In this document: piece by piece, positions 54,090 to 64,000 of the stretch | Numbering within the stretch: position 1 is the stretch's first letter | Layout of the letters: each line of letters opens with the position of its first letter | NCBI GenBank assembly: GCA_963822585.1 | Contig: CAWGIE010000031.1 | Location: 310,753-374,752, forward strand | DNA length: 64,000 bases | Direction of reading: 5' to 3' | Source of the DNA: an uncultured bacterium | Lineage (GTDB): Bacteria; Auribacterota; Erginobacteria; Erginobacterales; Erginobacteraceae | Translations under genes and position numbers: made by a program | Notes under the pieces: model-generated | What the model saw: only the letters and a program-made list of their open reading frames with translations | What the model was told of the DNA's origin: nothing | The model's database searches: none

Positions 54090-57000
54090 CTGGCAACCGG
54101 GAGATCGCCGCCAGAACCGAAGTAGCAGCGGGTAATGCCCCGGATGGCCCAGAGACCGGAGCGACATCGGTAGAGGGTGGGAAGAAGGACTCCTTCCCCG
54201 CGGAAGTCCAGGGGGACCGGCACCGCGCCTCCCGAACCGAAGTAGAACCGGCTCCAGCCCCGGATGGCCCAGAGACCGGATGACGGACGATAGACCGCGA
54301 TCTCGCTCGATCCGTCCCCATCGAAATCCCCCGGCACCGGGAGGTCTCCCGGCCCGCCGAAATAGTACGCCCCCCCGTTCCGGATCGCCCACAGACCTCT
54401 CGCCGGGCGGAAAATGGCGATGTCCGCCGTCCCGTCCCCGTCATAGTCCCCCGGTACCGGGAGATCGCCGTCCCGCCCGAAGTAAACCCGGCTCATCCCC
54501 CGCATCGCCCAGAGGCCATTCTCGCCCCGGAAGACCGCCCCGTCGGTCAGGCCGTCCCCGTCATAGTCTCCCGGTACCGCCAGGTCCCCCGCCCCCCCAA
54601 AGTAGTACCGCGAAAATCCCCGGATCGTCCAGAGGCCGAGATCGGGGCGGAAAACGGCGATGTCCGCCGTCAGATCGCCGTCGTACTCCCCCGCCACCGG
54701 GACAGCCCCCGCTCCGAAGTACACCCGCGTCACCCCCCGGATAGCCCAGAGGCCGGTTGCCGGGCGGAAAAGCGCGATATCCGATGTCCCGTCGCCGTCG
54801 TAATCGCCGAAGTCAATGATGGGCAGTGGGCAGTAGGCAGTGGGCAGTGGGGACGGAGTAGACAGTGGGCAGTGGGCAGTGGGCAGTGGTGACGATATGG
54901 GCAGTGGGGAGTAGGCAGTAGGCAGTGGTGACGGGGTGGCCGTTGCGGCGGGTTCGATCTCGGTGTTCGCGCCGATCCCGGCGTAATTCTCGGGGTCATA
55001 GACGAACTTTCCGCCGGAGGCTATCGCCCGTCCCGCGACCGGGCCGTACCACTCGCTCTTGCCGCCCGTATCCACCGCCTCCAGCCGGTAATAGTACGTG
55101 ACTCCGTTCTCCGCTCCCCGGTCGATGAAAAGGTAGCGGCCGCCCGACGGGCTGGACCCCAGCCCGAGGATGAACCCGCTCGCCTGCTCGTACGGGCCGC
55201 CCGGAGCGGAAGCCCGGTGTACGATGAATCCCAGGTTGTCGATCTCCGCCCCCGTCTCCCACTCCACCGCCACCACCCCGTCAAAACCCGCCGCCGAAAG
55301 TTCCTTGATCTTCACCGCCGTCGGCTCCCCCGTGGTCAGGGAGCTTGTTTCGGTCGACTCGCAGGTCGCCTCCATCCCCTCGTAGGCCACCACCGTGGCG
55401 TCGTAATCCCCCGGCTGCCAGTCGGTGACCAGGGCGTACTCGTAAATCTTCGAACCGTACCCCACCGGCGGCTCCAGTGAAAAGTCCTCCACCACCGGAT
55501 CCCCCTGGGTGTCGTAGATCGTGATCCGGCAGTCCGTAATGTCCTCGTTCCCGAAGGGGTTGATCACCTCGCACCGGTAATAGACGGTATCTCCCGCCTC
55601 GAAGGAGTCCGTCTCCACCCCCCCCGGATAGGCGTCGTCATAGGTCCGGAACCAATCGATCTCGGTGAAAGTGGTGGTGTTCAGCGCCACCCGGGAATAG
55701 TATGTTTCCGAGTCGTAGACCAGTTGGATCGAGTCGCTCCCGGCCGCGCTCTCCGTCACCCAGAGGGCGAGATAATTCCCGGCGTCCACCGTCGCGTTCA
55801 TCGCCAGGATGAACTCCCGCCACCCGCTGGTCGTGATGTCCGGAATCAGGTAGCTTCCCAGCTCCGTGTAGGTGGAGAAGTCCGCCCGGTGACTGTAGGC
55901 GAAGGTAGCCGTCACGTCGGGCGTCCCCGACGGGTTCTGCAGGTAGAGATAGGCCACCGAGGCGCTCGTCCCGTCGATCACCAGATCCTCGACCAGCGTC
56001 TGCGTACAGAAGAAGGTCAAACTCCCCCCGTTGTTGATCGTCTCCGTCGTCGGCGACGATCCCGTCGGCTCCACCCGGTCCAGTTCCCGCTCGCTCCCCG
56101 GGTCGGGGCCGTCGGGATGCAGGTAGAGCGGGCAGGGACAGATCACTTCCGGCTTCAGATAGACAAAGGCCCAGTCCTCCGGCCAGAAATAGGAACAGTT
56201 CGGGTCAGTCTCCACGTAGAAGTCGGTCCCGAAAGCACGGGCCAGGTTCATGTGCCAGCCCGGCTGCGCGCTCGCGTCCGGCGCCGCCCCGAACACGAAG
56301 GTGATCAGGCTGTAGGCCGGCATGTCGTAATCGAGATACCAGGCCAGCGTCTGGGGATCGGTCGCGCCGTCCCAGGCCGGGTCGGCGTGGCTCTCCGGCG
56401 TGCCGTCGGTGTAGGTGATCGTGGTCGTCCCCGTCTGGTAGTCGAAACCCGGGGGAAGGTAATCGTAGAGGTCCATGTTGTAGACCGTGTAATAGAAACT
56501 CTCCACCTCGATCGTGAAGTACACCGTACCCCCCTCCGGCGGCAGCGTCGTCGGGTCCGCCTCCTTCCCCAATCCCATGAAGGGATCATACCAGCGCAGC
56601 GGCAGGATCGTAAAACCGTAATCATAGTCAGGGGGATAACCGTCGGCCTCGGGTCCGATTGTCTGCTCGGAGTTATCCTGTCCCCAGGCCAGGGGGAACT
56701 TCTTATTCGCCCAGATGTGCGCCCCCGCGCCGTCATAGGCGACCGGAGTGGTCGAGGCGGGAGGAAAGAGATATTTGACCTCAAGCTGATCGAGGACGAA
56801 GCTGGTGTCCACCGTCCAGTCGTTGTTCCAATCCACATAGAAGGTGGTATTGTCATAGAGCGGGAGTTAAGAACGTCGGATTACTGGGCGCATAAGGGAG
56901 ATAATAACTGTTTCCGAAGTACTCCGGGAAAAGCGCTTGGTAGCCGAAATCCAGATGAGCATTATCGTCAAACGCGATCAGGACCCAGATCTTCTTCCAG

Positions 57001-60000
57001 GATTCGTCCGAATATATCTTGGTCCCGTAAAAACCTTCCCAGGTCCCCCGGGGCATCATGGGAAGAGTGAAATAATAGACCTCGTCTTCATCGAGCTCGA
57101 TCGGTCCCAGAGTCCCCGAGGACGTCTCGATATTGATCGTCGTATCCGACTGGAAGGAAAAGACGTAGGCGGTGGCGGCGACGTCTATCCCCCCATATTC
57201 GCCGGTCGGCATCTGCAATGAGGTCGTGGGGATCTGGTAGGTATATCCCAGAAGAGCGCTCGGGGTCAGGGTATAGAACCGGCTGTCATATTCAACGTTT
57301 TCGCTGGTCAAGTATCCCCGCCTGCAGCGGTGCCGGATTCGTCGTCCCGTTGAAGGTCCCGATTACCCGCGTCCCCTGGTGGCAAACCGTGTATTGCGAG
57401 AAATAAGCGGCGGTGGGATCGGGGTAGAGAATGCTCTCCCCGTTATCGATCACCGTGTCCACCTCCCATTCCGCGTCGTAGTAGGGATCGTCGATCTGAA
57501 CCCGGGTGTCTGTTTGAAAATCCCTGCACGAAGAGATAGGTGTACTCGAAGGGGAGGAGCGCCGGACGCGTGTCCGCTCCCACCGGCACCGTGTATTCGT
57601 TCTCCCAGTGCTGGATCGGATACAACTCCCACGATCCCGCCATGTAGGTCCCGGGTGGATAATCCGGCCACATCGTCCGTACGATGTTTAACGGCGCGTT
57701 GGTAACGTGCAGCACGTCCCCCGCGTCCACCCCCTGGCTCCCGGGCACGAAGGTATCGTCATTGGTCAGGTCGAGCACGTCCCCGGCGTTCAGTTCGGTC
57801 CCATCCGCCCGGCACCATCTGGCGTCCGAAGTATTGTAAGGATCGCTCTGATCGTAGGTATAGCCGTTCTCCCACTCGTCCAGAAAGACCTGCACGTCGT
57901 CCCCCGTCGCCACCAGGCTGACCCGTGAGTTCATGTTCGCCCCGGTCCAGGCGGGATTGACGCCGGAGATGGGGATCTGCTTGTAGACGTTCATCAGTTG
58001 CTCTTCCTCCCCCATAACGTAGTAGGTCGCGTATCCCTTCCCCACGATTACCCGTTCCGGCGTCACCGTCGGCGATGCCGCCGGCGTGGGGGACGGCGTT
58101 TTATATCCGACGGGTGTCGGCGTGACACTGGGTGAAGGGGTGATGCTGGGTGTCGGGGAAGGCGTTTTATATCCATAGGGGGTCGGGGTCGGCGTGACCG
58201 TCGGGGGCGGCGTGACCGTCGGGGTGGGCGTCGCCGTCGGGGTCGGCGTCGGAACCACGTAGATCACCACCAACTGCGGGTCATAAGCCGTCCCCGCGTA
58301 CTCCCGGGTGCGGAAGGTCGACTGCCGGTCCGTCGCGCTGTTCTCCACCTGGTCCATGACCCGCCATCCGTAGTTGCTGTAGGTCCCCGAGATAAACCCC
58401 TGCACGTCGCTGGTCGCGTCCCATTCCAGCCAAACGCCCGACGCCGTCCCCGTCGCGATGGTACTCGTCGCGCTCGCCGCTACCGCCGGCTGGTTGTTCC
58501 AGGTGATGCCCCCTGCCCCCGACTCGACCCAGCTTGCCGTCGCCCGGTTCATGTCATAATTGCGCGACGCCGTCGGCGCCGTCTGCAGATATAACCGCAC
58601 CGTGGCCGTCTGAATCGTCGCCCCCGCCGGGATGGAGGAAACATCGAATTGCACAAAGGAGCGATTGTTGGCATTGGGAGTGCCCGCAGTGGTGCTTCTC
58701 ACCAGCATGGTGGTGTTCGTCCCGTAGTTCGTGTTGCCCGAGTTCTGGTTTACGTAGGAATCGGCGACCGAGAGCAATACTTCCAGCGGCGCCGTCGGCG
58801 AGGGAGCCGCGGTCGGAGTAACGCTGGGGGAAGGAGTCGGACTGGGCGTGACCGACGGGGTGGGCGAAGGTGTTTGAAATCCGACCGGTGTCGGGGTAAT
58901 CGTCGGCGACGGCGACGGGGTGGGCGTGGCCGTCGGTGTCGGCGTCGGCACCACATAAATCACCACCAGCTGCGGATCGTACGTCGTTCCCGTATACTCC
59001 CGTGTCCGGAAGACCGACCGGTAGTCCGTCGCGCTGCTCTCCGTCTGGTCCTTGACCCGCCACCCGTAGTTGCTGTGCGTCCCCGAGACGTATCCCTGCA
59101 CGTCGCAGGTCACGTCCCACTCCAGCCATACCCCCGCCGCCGTCCCCGTGGCGATGGTGTCCGTCGGGCTTCCCGCCACCGCCGGCTGGTTGTTCCAGGT
59201 GATGCCCCCCGCCCCCGACTCGATCCAGCTCGCCGTCACCCGGTTGATGTCGTAACTGCGCGAACCCGACGGCGCCGTCTCCATGTACAGCCGGACCGTG
59301 GCCGATTGGATCGTCGCCCCCGCGGGGATGGAGGAAACGTCGAACTGCACGAATGAACGGCGGTTCCGATCGGGGGTACCTCCGCTGGTGCTCCTCACCT
59401 CCATCGTCGTGGCCGTCCCGTAGTTGGTGTTGGCCGCGTTCTGGTTCACGTAGGAATCGGCTACCGAGAGCAGGACTTCCACCGGCGACGTCGGCGAGGG
59501 GATGGCGGTCGGAGTAACGCTGGGGGAAGGAGTCGGACTGGGCGGAGGAGTGATCACGGTAACGTTGTCGATCCCCGAAGTGCACAGCTCGGACCCGTTG
59601 TGAGAAGTCACGGCCAGACCGATATATACATCAGTCGACATGGAGATGGTCGCCGAGTCAATCTCCGTCCAGGAACTGCCGTCAGGCGATTCGTAACCGG
59701 TGAAAGTGTCGCCGCTGCGGACCAATCTGACCCAGTAGGGGGCCGAATAGGCACCTCCCGCGGTGTGGTCGCTGACGCCATCGGTAACGGTGCGACGCTG
59801 GAAGGCGATTCCGTTGCCGACAGTGACGACGCTCATGGCATGGGTGGATCCGGCGGTCAGCTCTTCCCGGATCATCACCCCCGCTTTCGCCCAGGGATCG
59901 GTGTTCTCCACGCTGGCTACCCGGGCGTAGATCTCTCCGTCCCCGGATAGTGATTGATAGACGAAATGGAACGCGTCCGCGGTTCCCCAGATATCGGCGC

Positions 60001-61325
60001 CGTCCCCGTCGATCGTAAAGGTCCCGCTGGAATAGGAAGCATCCCCGGCAACACCCACACCGCCGACGTCCTGATGAAGCCAGGGTGGAGGCAAATCAAC
60101 CGGTGTCGGAGAAGGGGACGGCGGCGGGGTCCGGGTGGGCGTAGCGGTCGGAGTGGCGGTCGCCGTCGGGGAAGGTGACGGCGTCGGCGTCGGGGTTGGA
60201 TAGGGAAGTTCCAGGACCTGCCACTCGATCCAGGACGGCTGGCCGGTGCGCATGTGCTCGATCTCCAGCGTGGTCGCATCCGAGAGCCAGTGCCGCGCGC
60301 AGGGACGGGGAAAGGCGGTCCCATCGCCGTTTGACGTAATGCTCGCCATGGACCAGCCCCGGTCGACCGGGATCGCCGGGGAGAGCGTCTGGGCGGCGGT
60401 CGCCCAGTTGGTGTCGGAGGAGTTGTCCACCGTCCCTTCCTGCCGGGAGCCCGCCCGGCTGCCGAAGTCGATCGCGTACCAGCGCATGACCCGGTTCCAG
60501 TTGGTATTCGTGTGGACATACGCGTACCCCTGGGTATCGCTCTGGATATTAAAGGCGATCGCGTGGGCGTTGAGACCGTCGTCCCCGCTCACCCGCCACT
60601 GCGCGATAAGCAGCGATCTGGTCCTTCTCGCACCCCGAGATGGAAAAGGTCAGCGGGGATGCCTGGACCTGGGTGGTCACCGTCTCCTCGCCGGTATCGA
60701 GCCCCCCGATCTTTCCCGGGTCGAACTCGACCACGATCCAGCGGACCGTTCCCGAAGGACCCCCATCGGGCGCATACCGCCGCACGTTAAGCGTGGTCTG
60801 GCTTCCGGAGGTAACATCGGCGGTAAAATAGTGTTCCCGGATCCGGTTCACGGCCGCGCTGTCCGAGGTGGTCCCGTTGATCCAGGCAAAGCAGTTATCT
60901 CCCGTCACCGTCGATCCGATCGCGGGCGTGTAGAGCGTCGTCGTCCCCGACCAGGCCTGGCTGCCCCGGAAAACCTCGAACTCACTGTCCAGGCACTCGA
61001 TCACCGTCCAGGAGACGGTCACGTTCGACGTCGAGGCACCCCGACTGAACCGGATGTGGGTGGTGTCCTCCAGATAGGCGCTGGCCATGCCGACGTCGGC
61101 GTTATACTGGACGTTCCCGGTGCCGTCCGAGGCATAGTAATAGTGGATGATCACGAACGCCCGGTTGACCGCGTTTACCGCCGTGATCGCCTGCTGCTGG
61201 GAGGTCGAGGTCAGCGTCGTCGTCCCCTGCTGGACCTGATAGGAGGCTTCGGTGACAGAAGAGAAGGAAAAAGGAGTGACGGAATGGCGAAGAAATATTA
61301 ATCGTTCGCGAATAATGATCTGCAT
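54086..61325 (-). pseudogene. Giant (~2,400 aa) secreted multidomain surface protein, interrupted by four +1 frameshifts (real or sequencing artefact)
   Basis: ORFs 60549-61325, 57443-60592, an unlisted frame ~57312-57510, 56853-57311 and 54086-56836 join by single-base shifts. Contains PT linkers, a ConA/DUF1349-like module ([19 protein letters not shown]), two DNRLRE/CBM96-like modules, a DUF11-like module, a VEWETGAEIDNLGF module and C-terminal GDYDGDG..DIA.FRP repeats. Confidence 0.75.
58250..59545 (-). repeat. Internal tandem duplication of a DNRLRE/CBM96-like module
   Basis: [14 protein letters not shown]...[24 protein letters not shown]...[17 protein letters not shown] occurs twice with long identical DNA stretches (e.g. 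58809-58849 vs 59504-59544). Confidence 0.85.
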
Positions 61326-61333
61326 TCGAAATA

Positions 61334-61411
61334 GGTAATCGGTAATCGGTAATCGGTGACGGCAAGATCGGACTTACGAGCACCGATTACTATGTTCGAC
61401 GTTGGACGTTC
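61334..61411. repeat. GGTAATC heptamer tandem with a short inverted arm
   Basis: ggtaatcggtaatcggtaatcggt ... accgattac, then ttcgacgttggacgttc. Confidence 0.75.
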
Positions 61412-62107
61412 ATTCCTTCACACAGATCCCATTTCCTTCGGAGACGCCGTACTCCCCTTCCCGGGAGTCGACAACCACCTCCCCGTCCAGCACCTCGATC
61501 CGGGATCGGCCGCTTGAATCCGACACTGGTTCTAACCAGCGTCCCCGTCAGTTCCATCTCCGCGGCCGGGGTCTTGATCTCGAAGCGGGCCTCCCGCTCC
61601 TCGCTCTTCCGGGTGGAGGCCAATACCGTCCCCGCCATCACCATCACCCGGTTGGTTCTCCCGGAAAGAAACCGCCGATAGGGATCGAATAGTAACTTCA
61701 CTCTCTCCTCGTAAGACAACCTGGTCATCCCGGCCCATCCGGAGAACCGCTCCGGAATCGGTGCCGGTCCGGACCGCGTCGCCCTTGCGGAGGATGAGGC
61801 CGGCCACCGCCGGCATCCAGTCCCGCCGGTCCGCCGGCCGGAACTCAACCTCTCCGAAGAAGGAGACCAGGAAAGCGCTCTCCTCTTTCCGGACCAGGTC
61901 GGCCGGGACTTTGATCGTGCCCCCGGGCTTGAGAAGATAGTTGTACTGCACCACCCTCTCCCAGGCGGTCGGCCGGACCAGGTAGTTCTCGGTCAGGGAC
62001 CGCTCGGTATCGCCGGGCCGGACTATAAAGACAAGGTCATCCTGCGCCCTCCCGGCGGCAGGGAGAAAAAGATAGGCGCAAACAAAAAATATCTGAAAAA
62101 GCTTCAT
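61410..62107 (-). pseudogene. Secreted LysM-like + FecR-domain protein, interrupted by two +1 frameshifts
   Basis: Signal peptide; IVRPGDT...LKPGGTIKVP; GDAVRTGTDSGAVL; after shift ~61680 RFEIKTPAA...GT; after shift ~61530 SRIEVLDGEVVV...GICVKE*; 232 codons when repaired. Confidence 0.7.
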
Positions 62108-62617
62108 GATCTTGGAGATCGTAGGAATATTCCTGTATTCTGAAGGATTTTACTGTGATTCGTCAAGTGTTATCCTGATTTATATTTTACATTCGGCGCG
62201 TGGATAACTCCTGCCGAATCAACAGCATAACAACAAGTTAGACCTCAACGCCTGCTTCCCGTTCAATTGACACGGGATTTACTTACGAATTACGACACTT
62301 GTTTTTTATTCTACAAACTATTTTATAAATAAAGCATTTACTATGCCAGTTTACAAAGAACCGGATATTATTTGTATTATATTGCGTAATAAAGGATTGC
62401 AAGCTATAAAAAAACCCGCCGCCCCTTATTGCGCGCAGCTCCTGATAATCAGTAGGAAATATTTGCCGGTTAAACAGTTTCTTATCCCATAATGCCAGCA
62501 AATCTTACAGAGAGTTCATCCACAGGATGAGGATATAGCAATCCTTATTGTATTATCCAACTTATTCAGCCAAAGCGCAATACCCCAAAAGGGTGATTTT
62601 GTTAAGGTTCACCATCC

Positions 62618-62935
62618 AACGCTCAACGTTCAACACCCAAGAACCATCGCGAAGATTAGCGAGATTCGCGGTTTCTTTAAGGGGGCGAGGCGGGGGGTAA
62701 AACTGAACGTCGAACATCGAACTTCCACCATCGAACGTCGAACGGCTCGGGGAGGGAACACAAATCCTATTCAATCACATCCAATTGTCTGTTTAAAAAA
62801 GGGGCCGCGGCGGGGACTAATCCGTGTCATCTGTGAAAACTTGTGGTGTCTTTAGACCCTGTCGAAGATCCTGAGCGGAGTCGAAGGGAGCAAAGTCGAA
62901 GGGAAGCGATAGTCCTGAGCTTGTCGAAGGGCGGA
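62618..62935. repeat. AACGTCG-type heptamer arms and CCTGAGC..GTCGAAGG REP units
   Basis: aacgctcaacgttcaac; gaacgtcgaacatcgaac..atcgaacgtcgaacg; cctgagcggagtcgaaggg and cctgagcttgtcgaaggg. Confidence 0.7.
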
Positions 62936-62998
62936 GTCGAATCCATCTGTGGACTGAAAAAAGGGCGACGTGAGGGATAATTTGCTAAATTCGTAGTT

Positions 62999-64000
62999 TC
63001 ACCGGACGACGGGGATGTCGGTGGTGCTTCCGAAGTAACAGCGGGATATGCCCCGGATGGCCCAGAGTCCGGAGCTTCCCCGGTAGAGGACGGGAACAAG
63101 AATGCCTTCCCCGCGGAAGTCCAGCGGGGCCGGAACCGCATCCCCCGACCCGAAGTAGAACCGGCTCCAGTCCCTGATCGCCCAGAGGCCGGATGACGGC
63201 CGGTACACGGCTACCTGGCTCGTTCCATCCCCGTTGAAATCGCCCGAGACCGGGAGATCGTGCTCTCCGCCGAAATAATACCGGGCAAGCAGCCGGATCG
63301 CCCAGAGGCCGGTCGCCGGGCGAAAGACGGCGAGATCAACCACCCCGTCCCCATCGTAGTCTCCCGGCACCGGGAAGTCGCCGGGGCGGCCGAAGTAGAC
63401 CCGGCTCATCCCCCGGACCGCCCAGAGGCCGGTCGATCCGCGGAAGACGGCCCCATCGGCTCGGCCGTCCCCGTTATAGTCCCCTGGAACCGGGAGATCG
63501 GACGCTCCCCCGAAGTAGTACCGCGAGAGCAGCCGGATCGCCCAGAGGCCGCTATCGGGACGGAAGACGGCGATGTCCGCCGTCAGATCTCCGTCGTATT
63601 CGCCCGCCGCCGGGACCGCCCCCGCTCCAAAATACACCCGCGTCACCCCCCGGATCACCCAGAGACCGGTTGCCGGGCGGAAAAGCGCAATATCACTCGT
63701 CCCGTCGCCGTCGTAATCGCCAAAGTCGGTGATCGGCAGTGGGGAGTGGGCAGTGGGCAGTGGGGACGGGGTGGGCAATGAGCAGGAGGCGGTAGGCAAT
63801 GGTAACGGGGTTGCTGTCCCCGTGGGCGCCGGTGTCACGGTGACAGCCGGTGCGGCGGTCGGTGTAGCCACGGGAGGACGCACGGGGAGCGGTGTGGACG
63901 GCGGTACCGGTTCGGGGAGGGGCGCGGCGGTATTTTCCGTAACGGAGAGATACTCCGCCCGGGTAAAAGTGAAACTGCCCGCGGCGGCGGTGGGTGTGGC
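62999..64000 (-). CDS. C-terminal part of a secreted protein with PT linker and FG-GAP-like repeat domain; 5' end outside window
   Basis: Frame is open to the window edge; GDY.GDG..DIA.FRP..GLWAIRG..R.YFG repeats nearly identical to those at 54086-54820. Confidence 0.85.
   Translation of the reverse strand, partial: ATPTAAAGSFTFTRAEYLSVTENTAAPLPEPVPPSTPLPVRPPVATPTAAPAVTVTPAPTGTATPLPLPTASCSLPTPSPLPTAHSPLPITDFGDYDGDGTSDIALFRPATGLWVIRGVTRVYFGAGAVPAAGEYDGDLTADIAVFRPDSGLWAIRLLSRYYFGGASDLPVPGDYNGDGRADGAVFRGSTGLWAVRGMSRVYFGRPGDFPVPGDYDGDGVVDLAVFRPATGLWAIRLLARYYFGGEHDLPVSGDFNGDGTSQVAVYRPSSGLWAIRDWSRFYFGSGDAVPAPLDFRGEGILVPVLYRGSSGLWAIRGISRCYFGSTTDIPVVR

Noticed and set aside
55724..57070. 448-aa plus-strand ORF (likewise 60246-61301 +, 58554-59585 -, 16106-17143 -, 14514-15293 - and other overlapping ORFs)
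   Set aside because: Antisense or alternate-frame shadows of well-supported genes in GC-rich DNA, often Arg/Pro/Gly-rich and without recognisable motifs.
56840..61700. Programmed ribosomal frameshifting
   Set aside because: No shared slippery motif at the six sites, and four successive recoding events in one gene is implausible.
62283..63141. Small ORFs in the AT-rich and repeat-rich gap
   Set aside because: No motifs; largely translations of repeat arms or AT-rich non-coding DNA.

Overview
Bacterial window (moderately GC-rich, with AT-rich patches) made of two long convergent gene arrays that meet at about 31.8-32.05 kb. Most of it is a large Wzx/Wzy-type surface or exopolysaccharide locus: at least eight GT4s, a GT2, a GT9, four GT-C-like membrane proteins, two sulfatase-fold and two SGNH-like proteins, a deacetylase, tandem WecA paralogues, a flippase, two O-antigen-ligase-family proteins, Wzc, Wza, an outer-membrane beta-barrel and two PelC/CsgG-like lipoproteins. 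Embedded at 24.0-31.8 kb is a RiPP-like cassette: radical SAM/SPASM enzyme, 52-aa Cys-containing candidate precursor with a YxxPxV leader, HPr-kinase-like protein, S24/S26 peptidase, gingipain-like C25 protease, nucleotidyltransferase and stand-alone PqqD/RRE. The right end encodes very large secreted Pro/Thr-rich proteins ending in a shared FG-GAP-like repeat domain. One of these (~2,400 aa) and an adjacent LysM-FecR gene are broken by six frameshifts that are all the same (+1) type. A four-helix-bundle gene is enclosed by 52-bp inverted arms built from tandem short repeats. Many intergenic spaces hold gene-less palindromes of the same design, plus REP/REPIN/MITE-like elements. A ParE/addiction-module TA pair and two RNA methyltransferases are also present. 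No rRNA, tRNA, CRISPR array or transposase was recognised. All functional calls come from reading motifs by eye, not from database searches.
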